Shown here: in pieces, positions 30,020 through 44,345 of the stretch
Position numbering within the stretch: the first letter of the stretch is position 1
How the letters are laid out: every line of letters begins with the position of its first letter
Assembly (NCBI RefSeq): GCF_009914755.1
Contig: NC_060928.1
DNA length: 64,000 nucleotides
Reading direction: 5' to 3' (one strand)
From: the human T2T-CHM13v2.0 reference genome, Homo sapiens
The notes under the pieces: generated by a model
What the model saw: the letters and a program-made list of their open reading frames with translations, nothing else
The model's database searches: none
Told to the model about the DNA's origin: nothing
Translations under genes and position numbers: made by a program

Positions 30020-31520
30020 ATTTCTTTTACTTATTTTTTAATTGACAAATAAAATTTGTATATATTTATCATGTACAACACCGGGTTCTGAGATATGTAT
30101 AAATTTTGGAATAGTTAAATTGAGCTAAGTGACATGTGCATTACCTCACACACTTATGTTTTTGTGGTAAGAACACTTAAAATCTACTCTCTCAGTGATT
30201 TTCAAGAATACAATACATTGTTATTGACTGTAGTCACTATCGCCGTGTTTTACAGTAGACCTCTTGAACTTGTTCCTCTAGTCAGACTGAAAATTTGTAC
30301 CCTTTGACCAATATCTCTCAACAACCCCCCTGCCCCAGCCTCTGGTAACCACCATTCTACTCTACTTCTAGGAGTTCAACTTTTTTAGATTCCACATAGA
30401 AGTGAGATCGTGCAGCGTTTGTCTTTCTGTGCCTGGCTTACTTCACTTAGCATAATGTCCTCCAGGTTCATTCAAGTTGTGGCAAATGACAGGATTTTCT
30501 CTTTTTTAAGGCTGAATAGTATTCCATGATGCATATGTGATACATATTCTTTATCCATTCATCTGTTGATGGACACTTAATTTGATTGCACATCTTGGCT
30601 ACTGTGAATAATCCTGTTTAAACATGGGAGTATAGATATCTCTTCAACATCCTGATTTCATTTCCTTTGGATCTATACCCAGAAGCAGGATTGCGAGATC
30701 ATATGGTAGCTCTATTTTTAATTTTTTTGAGCAACCTCCATACTGTTTTCCATAATGGCTACACTAATTTACATTCTCACCAACAGTGTGCAAGGGTTCC
30801 CTTTTTTCACATCCTCACCAACACTTGTTATCTTTTATCCTTCTGATAATATTCATTCAAATAAGTGTGAGGTAATATCTCATTGTGGTTTTAATTCGCA
30901 TTTCTCTAATGATTAGTTCATTTGATTTTCATAAACAGCTTTGTTGAGATAAAATTCACTTACTGTACAATTCACCCTCTTGAAGTATACAATTTAATGG
31001 CTTTTAATATATTCACAAAGTTATGCATCCATCACCACAATCAATTTTACAACATTTTCATTACTCTCCAAAAAGACCCACATGCCTTAGCCATCACCCC
31101 CAACCGCCTCCTACTCCCTCCCAGTCCTGTTTTCTATCTGTGTAGATTTGCCTATTTCAGACACTTCATATAAATAAAATCATACAATATGTAGTCCTTT
31201 GTGACTAGCTTCTTCCACATAAAAAATGTTTTCAAGGTTCATTCATTTTGTATCAAGTATCAGATCTTCATTCTTTTTATTGCCAAACGGTATTTCATTA
31301 TATGGATGTACAACATTGTACGTATCCATCCATCAGTTGATGGACATTTGTGTTGTTTCCACTTTTAGCTATTATGAATAACGTTGCTATGAACATTCAT
31401 ATACAAGTTTTTGTGTGGACATATGTTTTCATTTCTCTTTGGTATAAATGTAGGAGTGGAGTTGCTGGATCACATAGTAACTATTTTTAACTGTTTGAGA
31501 AACTGTCAGACTCTTTTCTT
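30020..31520 (-). mobile_element. Older L1M (L1MA/L1MB-like) 3' fragments, two adjacent pieces
   Basis: L1M 3' UTR motifs: aattgacaaataaaatt, gagataaaattcac...gttgatggacatttg. Confidence 0.8.
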
Positions 31521-32519
31521 ACTTCTTAAGTGGCTACTAGTCATCCATAGTTCTCCCACTGACCATGTTTAAAGGATTTCGCTCTATAACGAGTACCTCA
31601 AGATGGATCCATCTGTGGTCTGCAATTTTCTTTTAAATTTATGCCATCCCTACCCTGCACACCACCTTCCCCCCTCATCATTTTTAGTGTTTTTCCTGGA
31701 TTAAAGAGCGGTATGGAAAAGTTTCTTCACCCTATTTTCAGAAATAGACATTATGATGTACTCCCCACTCTACTGCACAACTGGATATGGCAAGAGCTTT
31801 CCAAGGACTTTTGGGAGGCAAACTGTCTGGGAGTCCAGTGTTGACCTGGATAGACTTATAACCAATACCTAGCTCCTTAGGGCCCATGTCATGGCCATAC
31901 TGTTTGAGTTTCCTGGCCCATCCATCCCTACATGGTGACGGACCATCTTGTCCCCATTTCTGTCTACTCACAGAATCAACACTGGCCACGGCTTCCCTCA
32001 TTACAGTCCTTTCAGAAGATGCAGGGCAAGAGGAGGGGAAAGCCATAGGAAGGGTTGGGGCACTGCCCCTCCTGTTTTCCAAGGCACTTTCTCCCTGCTT
32101 ATGCAGTTATTCCCTGGCTAAATGTAGTGTTCACTCCACCTTCTATTGCTGCCATCAGTGCAAGTTGACAAGAACTTTGGGATCCCTGGGGTCTGAAAAA
32201 CAGATGGCCCTAATGAAGTGATGCAGAATCTCATCACTGAGTGACACAGAGACCATTTCTACTTAACAGTAGGAACTTTCCTATGTTTGATCTCTGTGCT
32301 CAAGGCTCAGCTTACCAAGAAGTCTGAGTTGCTTCTACAAAGGTAGAGCTAATATTTCTTAATCACCTTGCTTTGACAGGTATTAACTCCTTTTAGCCTG
32401 AGGTCTCTGAAGTAACTGCTATGATTATCCCTGCTACGATTAAAACGAGGAGATAAATGCAAAGAAGGGACAAGTAAGTTGCCTAAGAACACATGACTAG
32501 CAATAAAAGCAACATCACG

Positions 32520-32879
<360 letters not shown>

Positions 32880-33384
32880 TCATTTAGCCCTCTAATGACC
32901 CAGGAGGAGGTAAGTGCTAGTATTACCCCCACTTTACAGATAGGGACACGAAAGGCAGAAGAACGAGTGACTTGCCCAGAGAGTAAGTGGAGGAACCAGG
33001 ACTCAACCAAAGTCGCTGACTCCAGAGGCCTCGCTCTTAACTGTTTCATGGTCCCGTGAAATGCCAAGTCTCATTCCTTCCCATGTCTTTGTTTGAAGGC
33101 CTTTTTTCTTAAGCTCTGCCAAATGATTGGACAGCTGAGGCTAGAATGGTCAGGACAGTTTGAGAGAAGAGTCAACTGCTGCTTCTCCTTTAGAACATTT
33201 CCATGGTCATGGTGAATAACTACTAGTTACTGATCACCTACTACGTGCCAGGCACTGTACTAAGCAGTTTACATATTCCTGTGACGTAAGCATTGCTAGT
33301 CCCATTTCACAGATAGGAAAACTGTAAATCAGAGAGATCACATGACTTGTCCAAGAGTCAGGATCCTAAAGCCAAAGCTCCTCT

Positions 33385-33652
33385 GGCAGGCCAAGGAGGG
33401 CAGATCACTTGGGGTCAGGAGTTTGAGACCATCCTGGCCACCATGGTGAAACCCCATCTCTACTAAAAAAAAAAAAAATACAAAAATTAGCCAGGGATAG
33501 TGGTGGATGCCTGTAATCCCAGCTCCTCAGGAGGCTGAGGCAGGAGAATTGCTTGAACCCAGGAAGCAGAGGCTGCAGTCAGCCAAGATCGTGCCACTGC
33601 ACTCCAGACTGGCCAACAGAGTGAGACTCTATCTCGGAAAAAAAAAAAAAAA
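33385..33652 (+). mobile_element. 5'-truncated AluS ~120 nt from the exon 4 donor
   Basis: Starts at ggcaggccaagg; poly-A at 33638-33652. Confidence 0.85.
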
Positions 33653-33775
33653 GCTCAAGTTCACTGAACTCCATTCCACTCCACTGCTTCTCTTTACTGA
33701 TTCCACAAAACTACTGAGAGGCCAAGAAAACCTGGGCCACCATTCTCCCCATTGGCCCTCAACACCCCTACTCAC

Positions 33776-34008
33776 CAATGGCACCCAGAGCGACGAGTGG
33801 GTTCTGCCGAGGGCTGATGTGCTTGTCATAGGGCCGGTTTCCATACATGTGGGCGGCGCTGTTGACCAGCCAGCTGATGTTGAGTGAGATGGTATAGCGG
33901 AGAATAGAGGCCAAGAAGTAGGAATTCCACAGACTCTCTCCCCAGATGTACCAGGGCACCAGCGTGGGGACCACAAAGCACATGAGCACCACGGAGATCT
34001 TATAGTAC
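33776..34008 (-). CDS. SCD5: SCD5 exon 4 (233 nt; TM3/TM4 and NSAAH motif of delta-9 desaturase)
   Basis: Translation YYKISVVLMCFVVPTLVPWYIWGESLWNSYFLASILRYTISLNISWLVNSAAHMYGNRPYDKHISPRQNPLVALGAI; acceptor ccctgtag|G at 34010-34009; donor G|gtgagt at 33775. Confidence 0.97.
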
Positions 34009-35024
34009 CTACAGGGCAAGACACCATATCACCATGAGGACCCGCTGATGGGAGAGAGGATGGGCTGAGCAAGTCACAGGAAAAGTCAGAAAAAAGCCCA
34101 GGGAGAGAACTGTGCCAGTCAGCTCCTTCAACGCTTTCTATATGTGGAAGCCTGTTGTGTAGGGGTCACAAGACCCATATACCTGCAAGGGCTAGGCAGG
34201 TAACATAAATTTGAGAGTTGGGACAGGTAGAATGCTATAGGAAGTGGTAGGCCCTGTGGCATACCTCAGAATAACTTCAGTATAATCAACACTGTGCTGG
34301 CCAACCCATATATCTTAGAGCTACATTTATCCCACAGGCCACCAGTTCAAGATAGCACCTAGAGATTTCTTTCATCAATCAACCTGATATTCAGGTTTTC
34401 TCAAATAATTTTGAGAAATAGTTAATGCTTCTTAAATAATTTTAGGTACACAATTCTGTACTAACTCACCTTGGTAAAAAGGTAGACAATCTTCCACCCA
34501 AAAACAAGTTCTCTGTCCATCAGAGATTACGTTCCAAACCAGCAAAAAAATAATAAGTATAGAAACAGGCATGGCCACATAGAAAGTAATCATTAAGAAG
34601 CAAATCACCCATAGTTTGAGTTCTGGACCTATGTACCCAGCAAACATTTACTGAGTACCTGCTATGTGCCAGACCCTGAGTGTTACTGATGCATGAGCTA
34701 AGTGCTGGCGATACAAAGACAAGTTAGGTGAAGCCCCTGACCCAGGCTTCAGCCAAGTGGAGCCACTGCTCACCGCCCTCTTGCCATGCAGGATTGCCTC
34801 TATGCAGGGGCAGGAGAAGGGCAGGAACATCAAAGTAACTGAAGCTACCTGTTCATAGTGTGTTCCTCCTTGGCCTCCCGCAGCCTAATCAAGCTTCTGG
34901 AAGGCCTCTGTTAAGATGCATATGTATCAACTGGGAGTGCAGGCACAGTGTGAGGGCATGAAATTTGGTAGGTGGAAGACTCTGACTTGAGTCCAAATCT
35001 GATTATATATGTTGAACATGCCTC

Positions 35025-35397
35025 TTTTTTTTTCTTTCTTCTACTGTATGGTTCTTTTTAAAAATTTTTAAGTCCCAGGATTCATGTGCAGGACGTGCAG
35101 GCTTGTCACATAGGGAAACGTGTGCCACGATGGTTTGCTGCACCTGTCAACCCATCGCCTATTTATCCTGATGCTTTCCCCTCCCTGCCCCACTGACAGG
35201 CCCCAGTGTGTGTTGTTCCCCTTCCTGTGTCCGTGTGTTCTCATTGTTCAGCTCCCACTTATAAGTGAGAACATGCGGTGTTTGGTTTTCTGTTCCTGTG
35301 TTAATTTGCTGAGGATAATGGCTTCCAGCTCCATCCATGTCCCTGCAAAGGACATGATCTTGTTCCCTTTTATGGCTGCATAGTATTCCATGGTGTT
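35025..35397 (-). mobile_element. L1PA 3' UTR fragment
   Basis: catgtgcaggacgtgcag...tagtattccatggtgt; TSD acatgcctcttttt. Confidence 0.85.
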
Positions 35398-38292
35398 TAG
35401 GACATGCCTCTTTTTATTCTTTTACCCTTCTCCTATGCACAATTAGATGCCCCGCCCCCTGCCCTGCCCCCCCCAAAAAAAGCAGACCACGAGGCAACGG
35501 CCGGTGTCTGGGCAGTTTACTCTGGGACGTGAGCTCCATTGACAGGCATGGATGGGCAAATGGGCTCAAGGAAATGGGGAATGGGGGAAGGCCATGACTG
35601 CATGCATTACTGGAGTGGCTACTGCTGGGGCAACTGAACTTGGATTTTGATGGGTCACAATATACCTCTGGATTATCTTCTCAGGGAATAAAAGAAGGGA
35701 TGGTTTTTCCATTGGCTCCAATACCTCCTTGGCATCAAGGGGTGCCACATGGGATATTAGCTCCCCCACACTTCCAGGTCTGCTTGGGTCAGAACAGCCA
35801 AGTGGGCTCTGCAGGCATCTCAAGCAGGAAGTAAGAGAAGCCACACAGCTCAGCAAGGCGCTGTTACATCCGTGCCAGCAGGTGGCTGAACAAACAGCTG
35901 GGGTGAAAAGCTGGGCTGAGAATATGAGTGTCTTGAGAAGTACCCAACACAGGTAGAAATTGTAGTACTACAGGGTTGTTGTGAGGATCAAATACTAACA
36001 GCTAAGGCACACTATGTGCTTACCATATGCCAGGGCAGTTCTGAGACCTTTATATGTATTGACTCATTTAATTCTAACAAACATTCTCTGAAGAAGGGAC
36101 TATTATCCCCATTTTACAGATAGGGAAATAGAGCAACAGAAAGTTTATGTAGCTGGCCCAAAGTCGCAAGACTCATAGGTGGTGGGACAGAAATTCAAAT
36201 TCAGGCAGAGTCACTTCAGAAACCACCATGCTATTCTGCCTTGCAACTGAAAAAACATACGTCAATGTGCTTTGCAGACTGCTAGCTGTGCATGTGTCAG
36301 CTCCCATCATGGTAAATATTTTTATTGGACACCATATTAACCCATCAGCACCCATTTTCTAGTCACTGGGATACAGGATGGCTGCATTTTAGTGGATAGT
36401 GGGTGCCTAGGAAGTCAAATGAGTGGGCTGTGTTTGGAGGGGCAAAGACCAAAGACAACTAAGGGACTCAGGGCCTTAGAGGTGGCCTTCTAGAGTCATG
36501 GGCAGAAGGCTCTTAGGGAGTTCTCTCCAGATGATCTGCGAGTAAGGGAAGAAGGCAGCACTGGGTGGAGGGAGAAGGTCACCCACAATGAGTTTCAGTG
36601 GATCCGATGGGGCGTTCTGGGCCAGATGATCTTAAGACCTATATGAAATTGAAAGGTATTATCCTTGCATCATCTGGGCATTGGCCTCAGGGAGCCCCTG
36701 GGAGGGCAAACGCTTGGGCGAGGCAGCTCTCTGTGGCCAAGGGCAATTTCCAGAAAGGACCACAGCCAAGACGTGGGAGCATCATCTGAAGAGGACGTCT
36801 GTGTGGAGCACACAGGCCCTGCACAGGCTGAGGACCTGGGAGCTGGTGGTGAGCATGTGAGGAGGAAAGGACTATGGAGGGAACATGGAAGAGGCACCCA
36901 GAGCCTTGGCTCTGCTACTTCTTGTCCGCACCTCTAAGGAGGAAAGCAAACAACTGAACAATGGCAACAGAAGCCATCTTACAACTCCAGCAGCTTCCTC
37001 TCCTTCCTCCGCTCTTTGGATTACAACCCAGGCCTTTCAAGAGAGCCTCTCCCAGTCCTGCTCTGAGCCACTGTCCCCACCCCCATCTTGCTTCTGAAAG
37101 AAGAGGGAGAGAAACACGTGTGGAGGGCTTGCTCTCTGCTGGGCCCTGGGCACTTCTCTCTCTGAATGCTTGCAGCAGCTTTGGGGTAGACACCCTCGAG
37201 TCATGAAGGCCCCAGGCACAGGGAGGTGCCGTGGCCTCCCAGGGAGAGGCCGAGGCCCGCTCTGGCTCCTGCTCTCTGACCCCTGCTCTCTGACCCCAGT
37301 CCTGTGGAATCGGCCTTCTCTGGTCTGACCACAGCCTGCAGCACCCAGCTTCCACTCAGACCCTGCTCCTGCCTCCTCCCTCTGAACTGTTTAAAGAGTC
37401 TCCTGCCTGCCTTGGCTCTGGTTCTAGAAGCTCTACCCTGCCAAGTGGGTGGGTCCCTGTGGACGGACAGCACTAGCGATGTGGTTTCCCAGGGGTAAGG
37501 AGGAAAAGGCCCGGGCTTCCCCAACTAGAACCACTATGGTCCAGGCACATTGCCTCTTCCTCAAAAAAGACATTCTTAAAAAAAAATCACTGTCCTCATT
37601 CCAATGATGCTGCAGAGATCTACTTCTGGGGTTATTCTCTGTATTGTCTTCCCTGTAATCGGCTAGGATTCCTCTTTGTATGTTCAGTAGAATGGATGAA
37701 AGAAGGAATTTTTAGGGGGCACAGTAAGTCTGGGTAGGATAGCCAGTGAGATGGGTCTGGATGCTGAACACAGTCTAAAAATCCTCCCTGACTATCTCAA
37801 GCCGACTTAGCAAATCTTTCCCAAGTAGGGAGTATCCCTTCCTCCTGTGCACTTTTAGCCTCGAGCAGCTGGTCTCCTTTTAATAACAGTCACTGGCCTT
37901 TGTGCTTCAGAAGAAGCACTGAGATGGCTCCCCAGCTTCCTCATCTAATAACACTCAAACATGAATGGTCTGGCCAAGGGGCCACAGAGCAACTCCACGA
38001 CGCCCTCTTGCACCTACTCCTTCCTCATTTTAGAGATTTCCTTTCGTCATTTGGTGATAGGGAGGAGGGCTGGAGAGGAGTCATTGATGCTGCCCTGTCT
38101 TTTTGCTAAATGGGTTTTCTGTTGTTGAAAAGCACCACAGAACATTCAACTACACAACGCCTTCTAGCTGTGTGACCTTGAATGAATTATTTAATCACAC
38201 TAAGCCTCAGGTTTCTCTTCTGTAAAATGCTGTGCTAATAAATGTATTGGGTGCTTACTACATGCCCTAGAACTGAGACAGAAGGTGAACAA

Positions 38293-38464
38293 GGCCGGGC
38301 GTGGTGGCTCATGCCTATAATTCCAGCTACAGGGAGGCTGAGGCGGGAGAATTGCTTGAACATGGGAGGCAGAGGTTGCAGTGAGCCAAGATCATGCCAT
38401 TGCACTCCAGCCTAGGCGAAGAAGCAAAACTCCATCTCAAAAAAAAAAAAAAAAAAAAAAAAAA
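38293..38464 (+). mobile_element. Monomer-length recombined Alu
   Basis: Left-arm start fused to right arm; TSD agaaggtgaa. Confidence 0.85.
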
Positions 38465-40289
38465 GAAGGTGAATAAAACAGACAATCCCTGGCTTTGTGG
38501 AGCAGGGGTATACTGGCAGAGATCTATATATCTGGTATATTCTGGCAGGGAAGACAATGAACAATATAAATAAGCAAATTGTAGAGCACATTAGTGGTGA
38601 ATACCAGGAAGAAAAAAAGCAGAGAAGGAGAATATGATATATTAAGGGCAGGCACTGAAATTTTAAATAGGGTGTCTATGGGAGGGCTTGCTGACACTAT
38701 GGTTTTTGACTAAAGACTTGGGGAAGTGAGAAGTTAGCCATTTGGCTAACTGGGGGCAGGGGTACCCACAAATAGCAAGGCCCTGAAGCCATGCAGACTG
38801 GGGCTGCATGAGACTTGGGGCTGGAGCAGATGAACAAGAGGGAGGGTTGTAGGAGATAAAGTAGGAATAATGGGGGATCAAGTTTGGAGGGTCTCATAGG
38901 AGGCTGTCACATGATCCAGGTTAAAGAATATGGTGGCCTGAACCTGGATAGTCATGGAGGTGGTGAGAAATGGTCAGAATCTGGGTATATTTCTAAAGTA
39001 GAGTGGCACGACTTGTTAACAGACTCCATGTTAGAGAGAAAGAGTGGAGTCAAGGATGACACCAAGGATTAAGATGCCCTAAGCCGATGTAGGGGAGAAT
39101 GGAGGAGGAGTGGCATATGAAGAGCTCTGTCTTGGACACGGTAAGCGGGAGATGCCCAATATACATCCAAATGGGGCTGCCAGGTAGGGGATATCAACAT
39201 ATAGGTCTGGAGTTGAGATGTGCCCTAGAGAGAGATGGGGACGGGAGTAGAAGTTTGCAACTCATCAGCATATTTATGATGTTGCTCACATACATTTTTT
39301 TTTATGAGTTCCATAATGGCCCTATGACGTAGTTTTTATAACCTCTTTTGCAGGACCTGTGCAGAGGTCCAGAGATGTCTTGGGCCTTCCCCACAGCCAC
39401 ACCGGTTGTATACAGCATGGGCAGGTTTCAAACTCAATTCTTAAACCCTGAATGTCTGATGCCTCTAGTATAACCTGCTGCTCACTCAGCCAACCAAGAA
39501 CATGGCACACAGAGAGGGAAACTTACCCAGAGATAAACGCGGCTGGAGTGTTGAACATAGACCTGGCCCCATAAGTTGCATATATTTGAGTAAAAATATT
39601 GTCCCCTCAGGGTTTGAAGTGGATACTGTGTACACTCTAGACAGAATGAGCTTCTTCCTCTTCTTAAACTGAACCACATACTGTCCCGTGTCTATGACAC
39701 TCTTCCCCAGCCCTGGCTGACTTGCCTCTTCCAAGCATCAGTCTGAACATCACTTCCTCTCAGGGGTTTTCATCAGTCCCCCAGGCGAGGTGCACTGCAC
39801 AGCATTCCTGTAGCATGTTGTCCTTCTCATCTCTCAGTATTCACACGAGCTGGCTTAACGGGCAGCCTAACCTGCTAGATCAGGGCTCGCAGCCCTGACT
39901 GCACATTAGAATAAATTGGGGAACATTTAAAAGTGACTGATGCTGAGCACCCACTGCTGCAGACCAAGTGAATCAGAATCTCTGGTCTGGGCATTTCTAT
40001 TTTTAAAGCCACCCTGTTGCAAACATTGATGGTAGCTTCCCTTTATTCTTCCTCGTCCCATCCTTTCTTTCTGGCTGGAATGTCTGGATTTTGTTCAGGT
40101 ATCTAACTGTCCTCCTTGCAGCCATGTCCTTTAGGGTAATGTAGACCCTACCCAGGGCCCTGGTCCTGATTGGTTTAAGGCAATTTTGGTAATATCCTTC
40201 ACTTTGCAAATAATTAATTTAGGAGTGGGCATGTGACATGATAGAGGCCAATAAGACTGGAGGGGAAGGATGGCCATACCTTTAAAAAA

Positions 40290-40925
40290 GGGAAGTAAAT
40301 GTTAGCAAGGATGTAGAAATACTGGACTCCTCAGGTACTGATGGAGGAATGTGAAGTGGCACAGCCACTGCAGGAAATGGTTTGATGGTTTCTCCAAAGG
40401 TTAAATATCAAGTTATCATATGACCCAGCATTTTCACTCCTAGGTATATATCCAAAAGAATAAAAAGCAGGGACATGAACAGATATCTGTATGCCCATGT
40501 TGGTAGCAACATTATTCAGTGGATGAGTAGACAAACAATGCTGTACATATATACAATAGAATGCTAATCAGCCATGAAGAGGAATAAGATTTTCATATAT
40601 GCTGCAACATGGATGGGCCTTGAAAACATTAAGATTAGTAAAATAAACCAGACAAAAAGGACAAATACTGTATGCTTATACTTGAGGCACCTACAACAGG
40701 AAAATTCATAGCGACAGAAAAGAGAACAGAAATTACCAGGAGCTGCGGGTGAAGAGAAAGTTATTATTTCATGAGAACAGAGTTTTTATTGGGAATGATG
40801 ACAAAGTTTTCTGTATAGTGGTGATGGTTATACAGTATCATTAGTGTACTTAATGCCACAGAATTGCACTCTTATGAGAGGTTACAATGATTAATATTAT
40901 CTTTTGTATATTTCACCACAATAAA
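40290..40925 (+). mobile_element. L1MB-like 3' fragment nested in an MLT1-type LTR
   Basis: catatgacccagca...cctaggtatata...gatggttatacag...tttcaccacaataaa. Confidence 0.75.
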
Positions 40926-41249
40926 GAAAGAGAAATACAAGGAAATATCTTCCTCAACAATAGAAAGAGCACAGGGGCAGAAATCATTTCTCTTTCCTGC
41001 AGTGACACCCAGTCCGGCAACAGCCATCTGTGACTATGAAAGGAAGAAGCCTGAGAAGCAAAGTTGCCTCTTCAGGCTGACAGAGCAGATGGATGGAGAG
41101 CTCCTTGGATAAGCTGTTGAGCCACTGAACTAACCAATCCTGGAGGTGCTTTATCCCTGGTGTCTTACTTTGAGATGCAAAGATGTCCTATTGTTGAAGC
41201 CAGTTGAGTCAAGATGTTCTGTAGAGTAGCTAAAAGCATCTTAGCACAC

Positions 41250-41602
41250 CGTAGTGGACATTGTGATGTGCCACCCAGGTCCCCACTTAGGATTAAAGGA
41301 CTTACTCTCCCAGTAGCTGACAGTGCTGCCTCTGATGGAGAGCTGCCTTGCCTGAGGTCATGCCCCTCCCCTAATGACTGCACATCGGTGACTGACCAGA
41401 GAAGCCCGTTGTCCAGGCCTGGTCCCCACTGGGCTGACGAATGTCTCCACTGAGACTGTTCAAAGCCCAGCTTCTCCCCTTTACCCATCTTGCTTCTGCC
41501 CCTTCTTCCACATGTATTGATCCCAAGGACCTGCTCCAGTAAACTTTCTACAATGTAATCTCCATCTCAGAGCCAGCTTCTAAGGTAACCAGAACTATGA
41601 CA
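41250..41602 (+). mobile_element. LTR16-like ERVL LTR
   Basis: gtagtggacattgtgatgtgccacccag...ctccatctcagagccagcttc...tgaca. Confidence 0.6.
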
Positions 41603-42199
41603 TGGATACACTGCTGGGCTGGCAGAATTCAGCAGAAAGGCCAACTCTCCAAGGTCTCACAGAGAGAATCCCACATGACAAGCACTCCTAAATATTTGTG
41701 GAATGACTAACTGAATGATATTTTGGTTAATAAATGATGAGTCTTGGTTTCCCAGGAAAATAAAAACACTACAGTGATTTCAGTAAGGCAAGGAGTACGA
41801 TACAATCCCAAGGTTTCCCAAAAACCACAATCATGCAATAACTGTGCAGACTGCTTTTGGGTTCTTCATAAGATGCTTACCTCTTGGATTGGTGCCCATG
41901 TAGGATTGTGCACATAAAGCCAAGAACTTAATTAAAGACATTCTTGCTCGTCAGGACCCAATCCCTGGTATCAACAGATTTCACTGTGAGGGTTTCTACC
42001 CCCAGTTTAAATGAACAATTTCTGAGCATGAGCTTTTAGGTCATTCCCTGAGCTTCCAATTATGGTAAAATGTTGACAATATTTAAGATTAACAACCACT
42101 CTAACAGGTTCAGTCTTGGTTTGGAATGTGAGTGACTTCCTCTCTGCCTATCTATGAACACTCAGACTCTGGGATAGGAGAAGGTGCCTAAACTCATCA

Positions 42200-42530
<331 letters not shown>

Positions 42531-43971
42531 CTAGAGGGAAGGGGTGGGATCAACCCAAGAACGACCCAAGAAATAGAGTGGCTCTCCTCCACAGATTTGA
42601 GAACACAGACCCAAATATTTGTCAAAAACATAAAGGCAAAAGCAGTCAAACTCACTTTACAGGTTATTTCTAGAGCAGCATTCTATAGCTTGAAGGTGAC
42701 AACTGACAAGGACAGGTCCACAACAGATGCTGTAAGCCCTTCCACTACCCACCCCTCTCAAATTCTCATCGCACCAATACCACAATTGGGAAGACGTTCC
42801 TCAGCATTTAATTCTGGACAAGGAGTCCATTTTTACACAATCAAATGCCATTGCACACAACAGCGCCCCAATCCAAGTAAGCCTTGGTCACAGAACACAA
42901 ATCCAGATATGGGTACTAACCTTTCAATTACTTCAGCTCCAATAAACTGGATCAATAAAGAGAACTGAAACACTAAGAATAGTCTTGAAACAAAAAATGT
43001 ATTTTGTGGAGAAGAAAGGATTTGGGATTTCTTTTTATTTCCCCAAATCTGGGTGTGATAAGCATCTTCAAACTCTCATTTTTCTTTGGATGAAAAAGAA
43101 ATCACCGTTCTCTGTCTGCAAGCGTTTTCCTACTGCTTTGCTAACCCTAAACACAGCAGTCCAGAGCTGGTGGTGTGTGAGATCTTGAGAGTGAAATCTA
43201 TTAGAGCATGAAGGGGGGGAAATGACCTGCCGACTTCCAAGGGGGCCAGCCTGAGGAAATGTGAAAAGAAGCAAACACCACAACGGGTGAGAAAGAAATT
43301 ACAGCCCCACAAATGCACTGTAATGATGAGTGATGAGCTGTTCCTGGCATCTTGACTTAACATGTTTGGATTTTTATTTCACTTAAAGCCTGGCCAGAAA
43401 TTCATTTTCCCTACAATTTTTGCACCTTGCAGGGGACAAGGAAAAATCATGTGGATGCTTAGTAAACACTTATTTAGAGGACAAATGATATGCCCTGACA
43501 GTTTGCAAATGCATGGAACATTCTCTCCCCCTTCCTTTGTCTCCTCTGGCATTGCCCACAGGGAAGTGAAATATGTGATGCACTTGGATGCACATCTGAA
43601 AATGGAGGCCCATTTTGGGGTAGCTCTGTGGAGTGTCGCCGAAAATCTTCCAAACTTTTTGAATTGTTTAAGTTGAAAATGGGTTTTCTCTCTCCTGTGT
43701 GCAGTGTCTTTAAGTGAAAGCACTTAGGATTGCTTTGTTTGAAGTATTCTCTGAAAGTTGTAATCGAACTACTCTAGAGCTGGCTTTGACCCTGAATTAG
43801 TCTTGACATCTCCTCCCCTGTGCTACTCCATGATAAGCGTTCTGTAGAAGAAAACCTTTCACTTGGATCATCCAGATGCATGGCCTGCATCTTCTGGATG
43901 CATCTCCTCCCCTGTGGAGGAAGCAGAGGGCAGACCACTGCTTCACAAAAGCATCTTCTTCAGAACCTTGA

Positions 43972-44345
<374 letters not shown>

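Noticed and set aside
33629-34072. 147-aa ORF overlapping exon 4 in another frame
   Set aside because: Alternate-frame read-through of a GC-rich exon ending in Alu poly-T; no recognisable protein.
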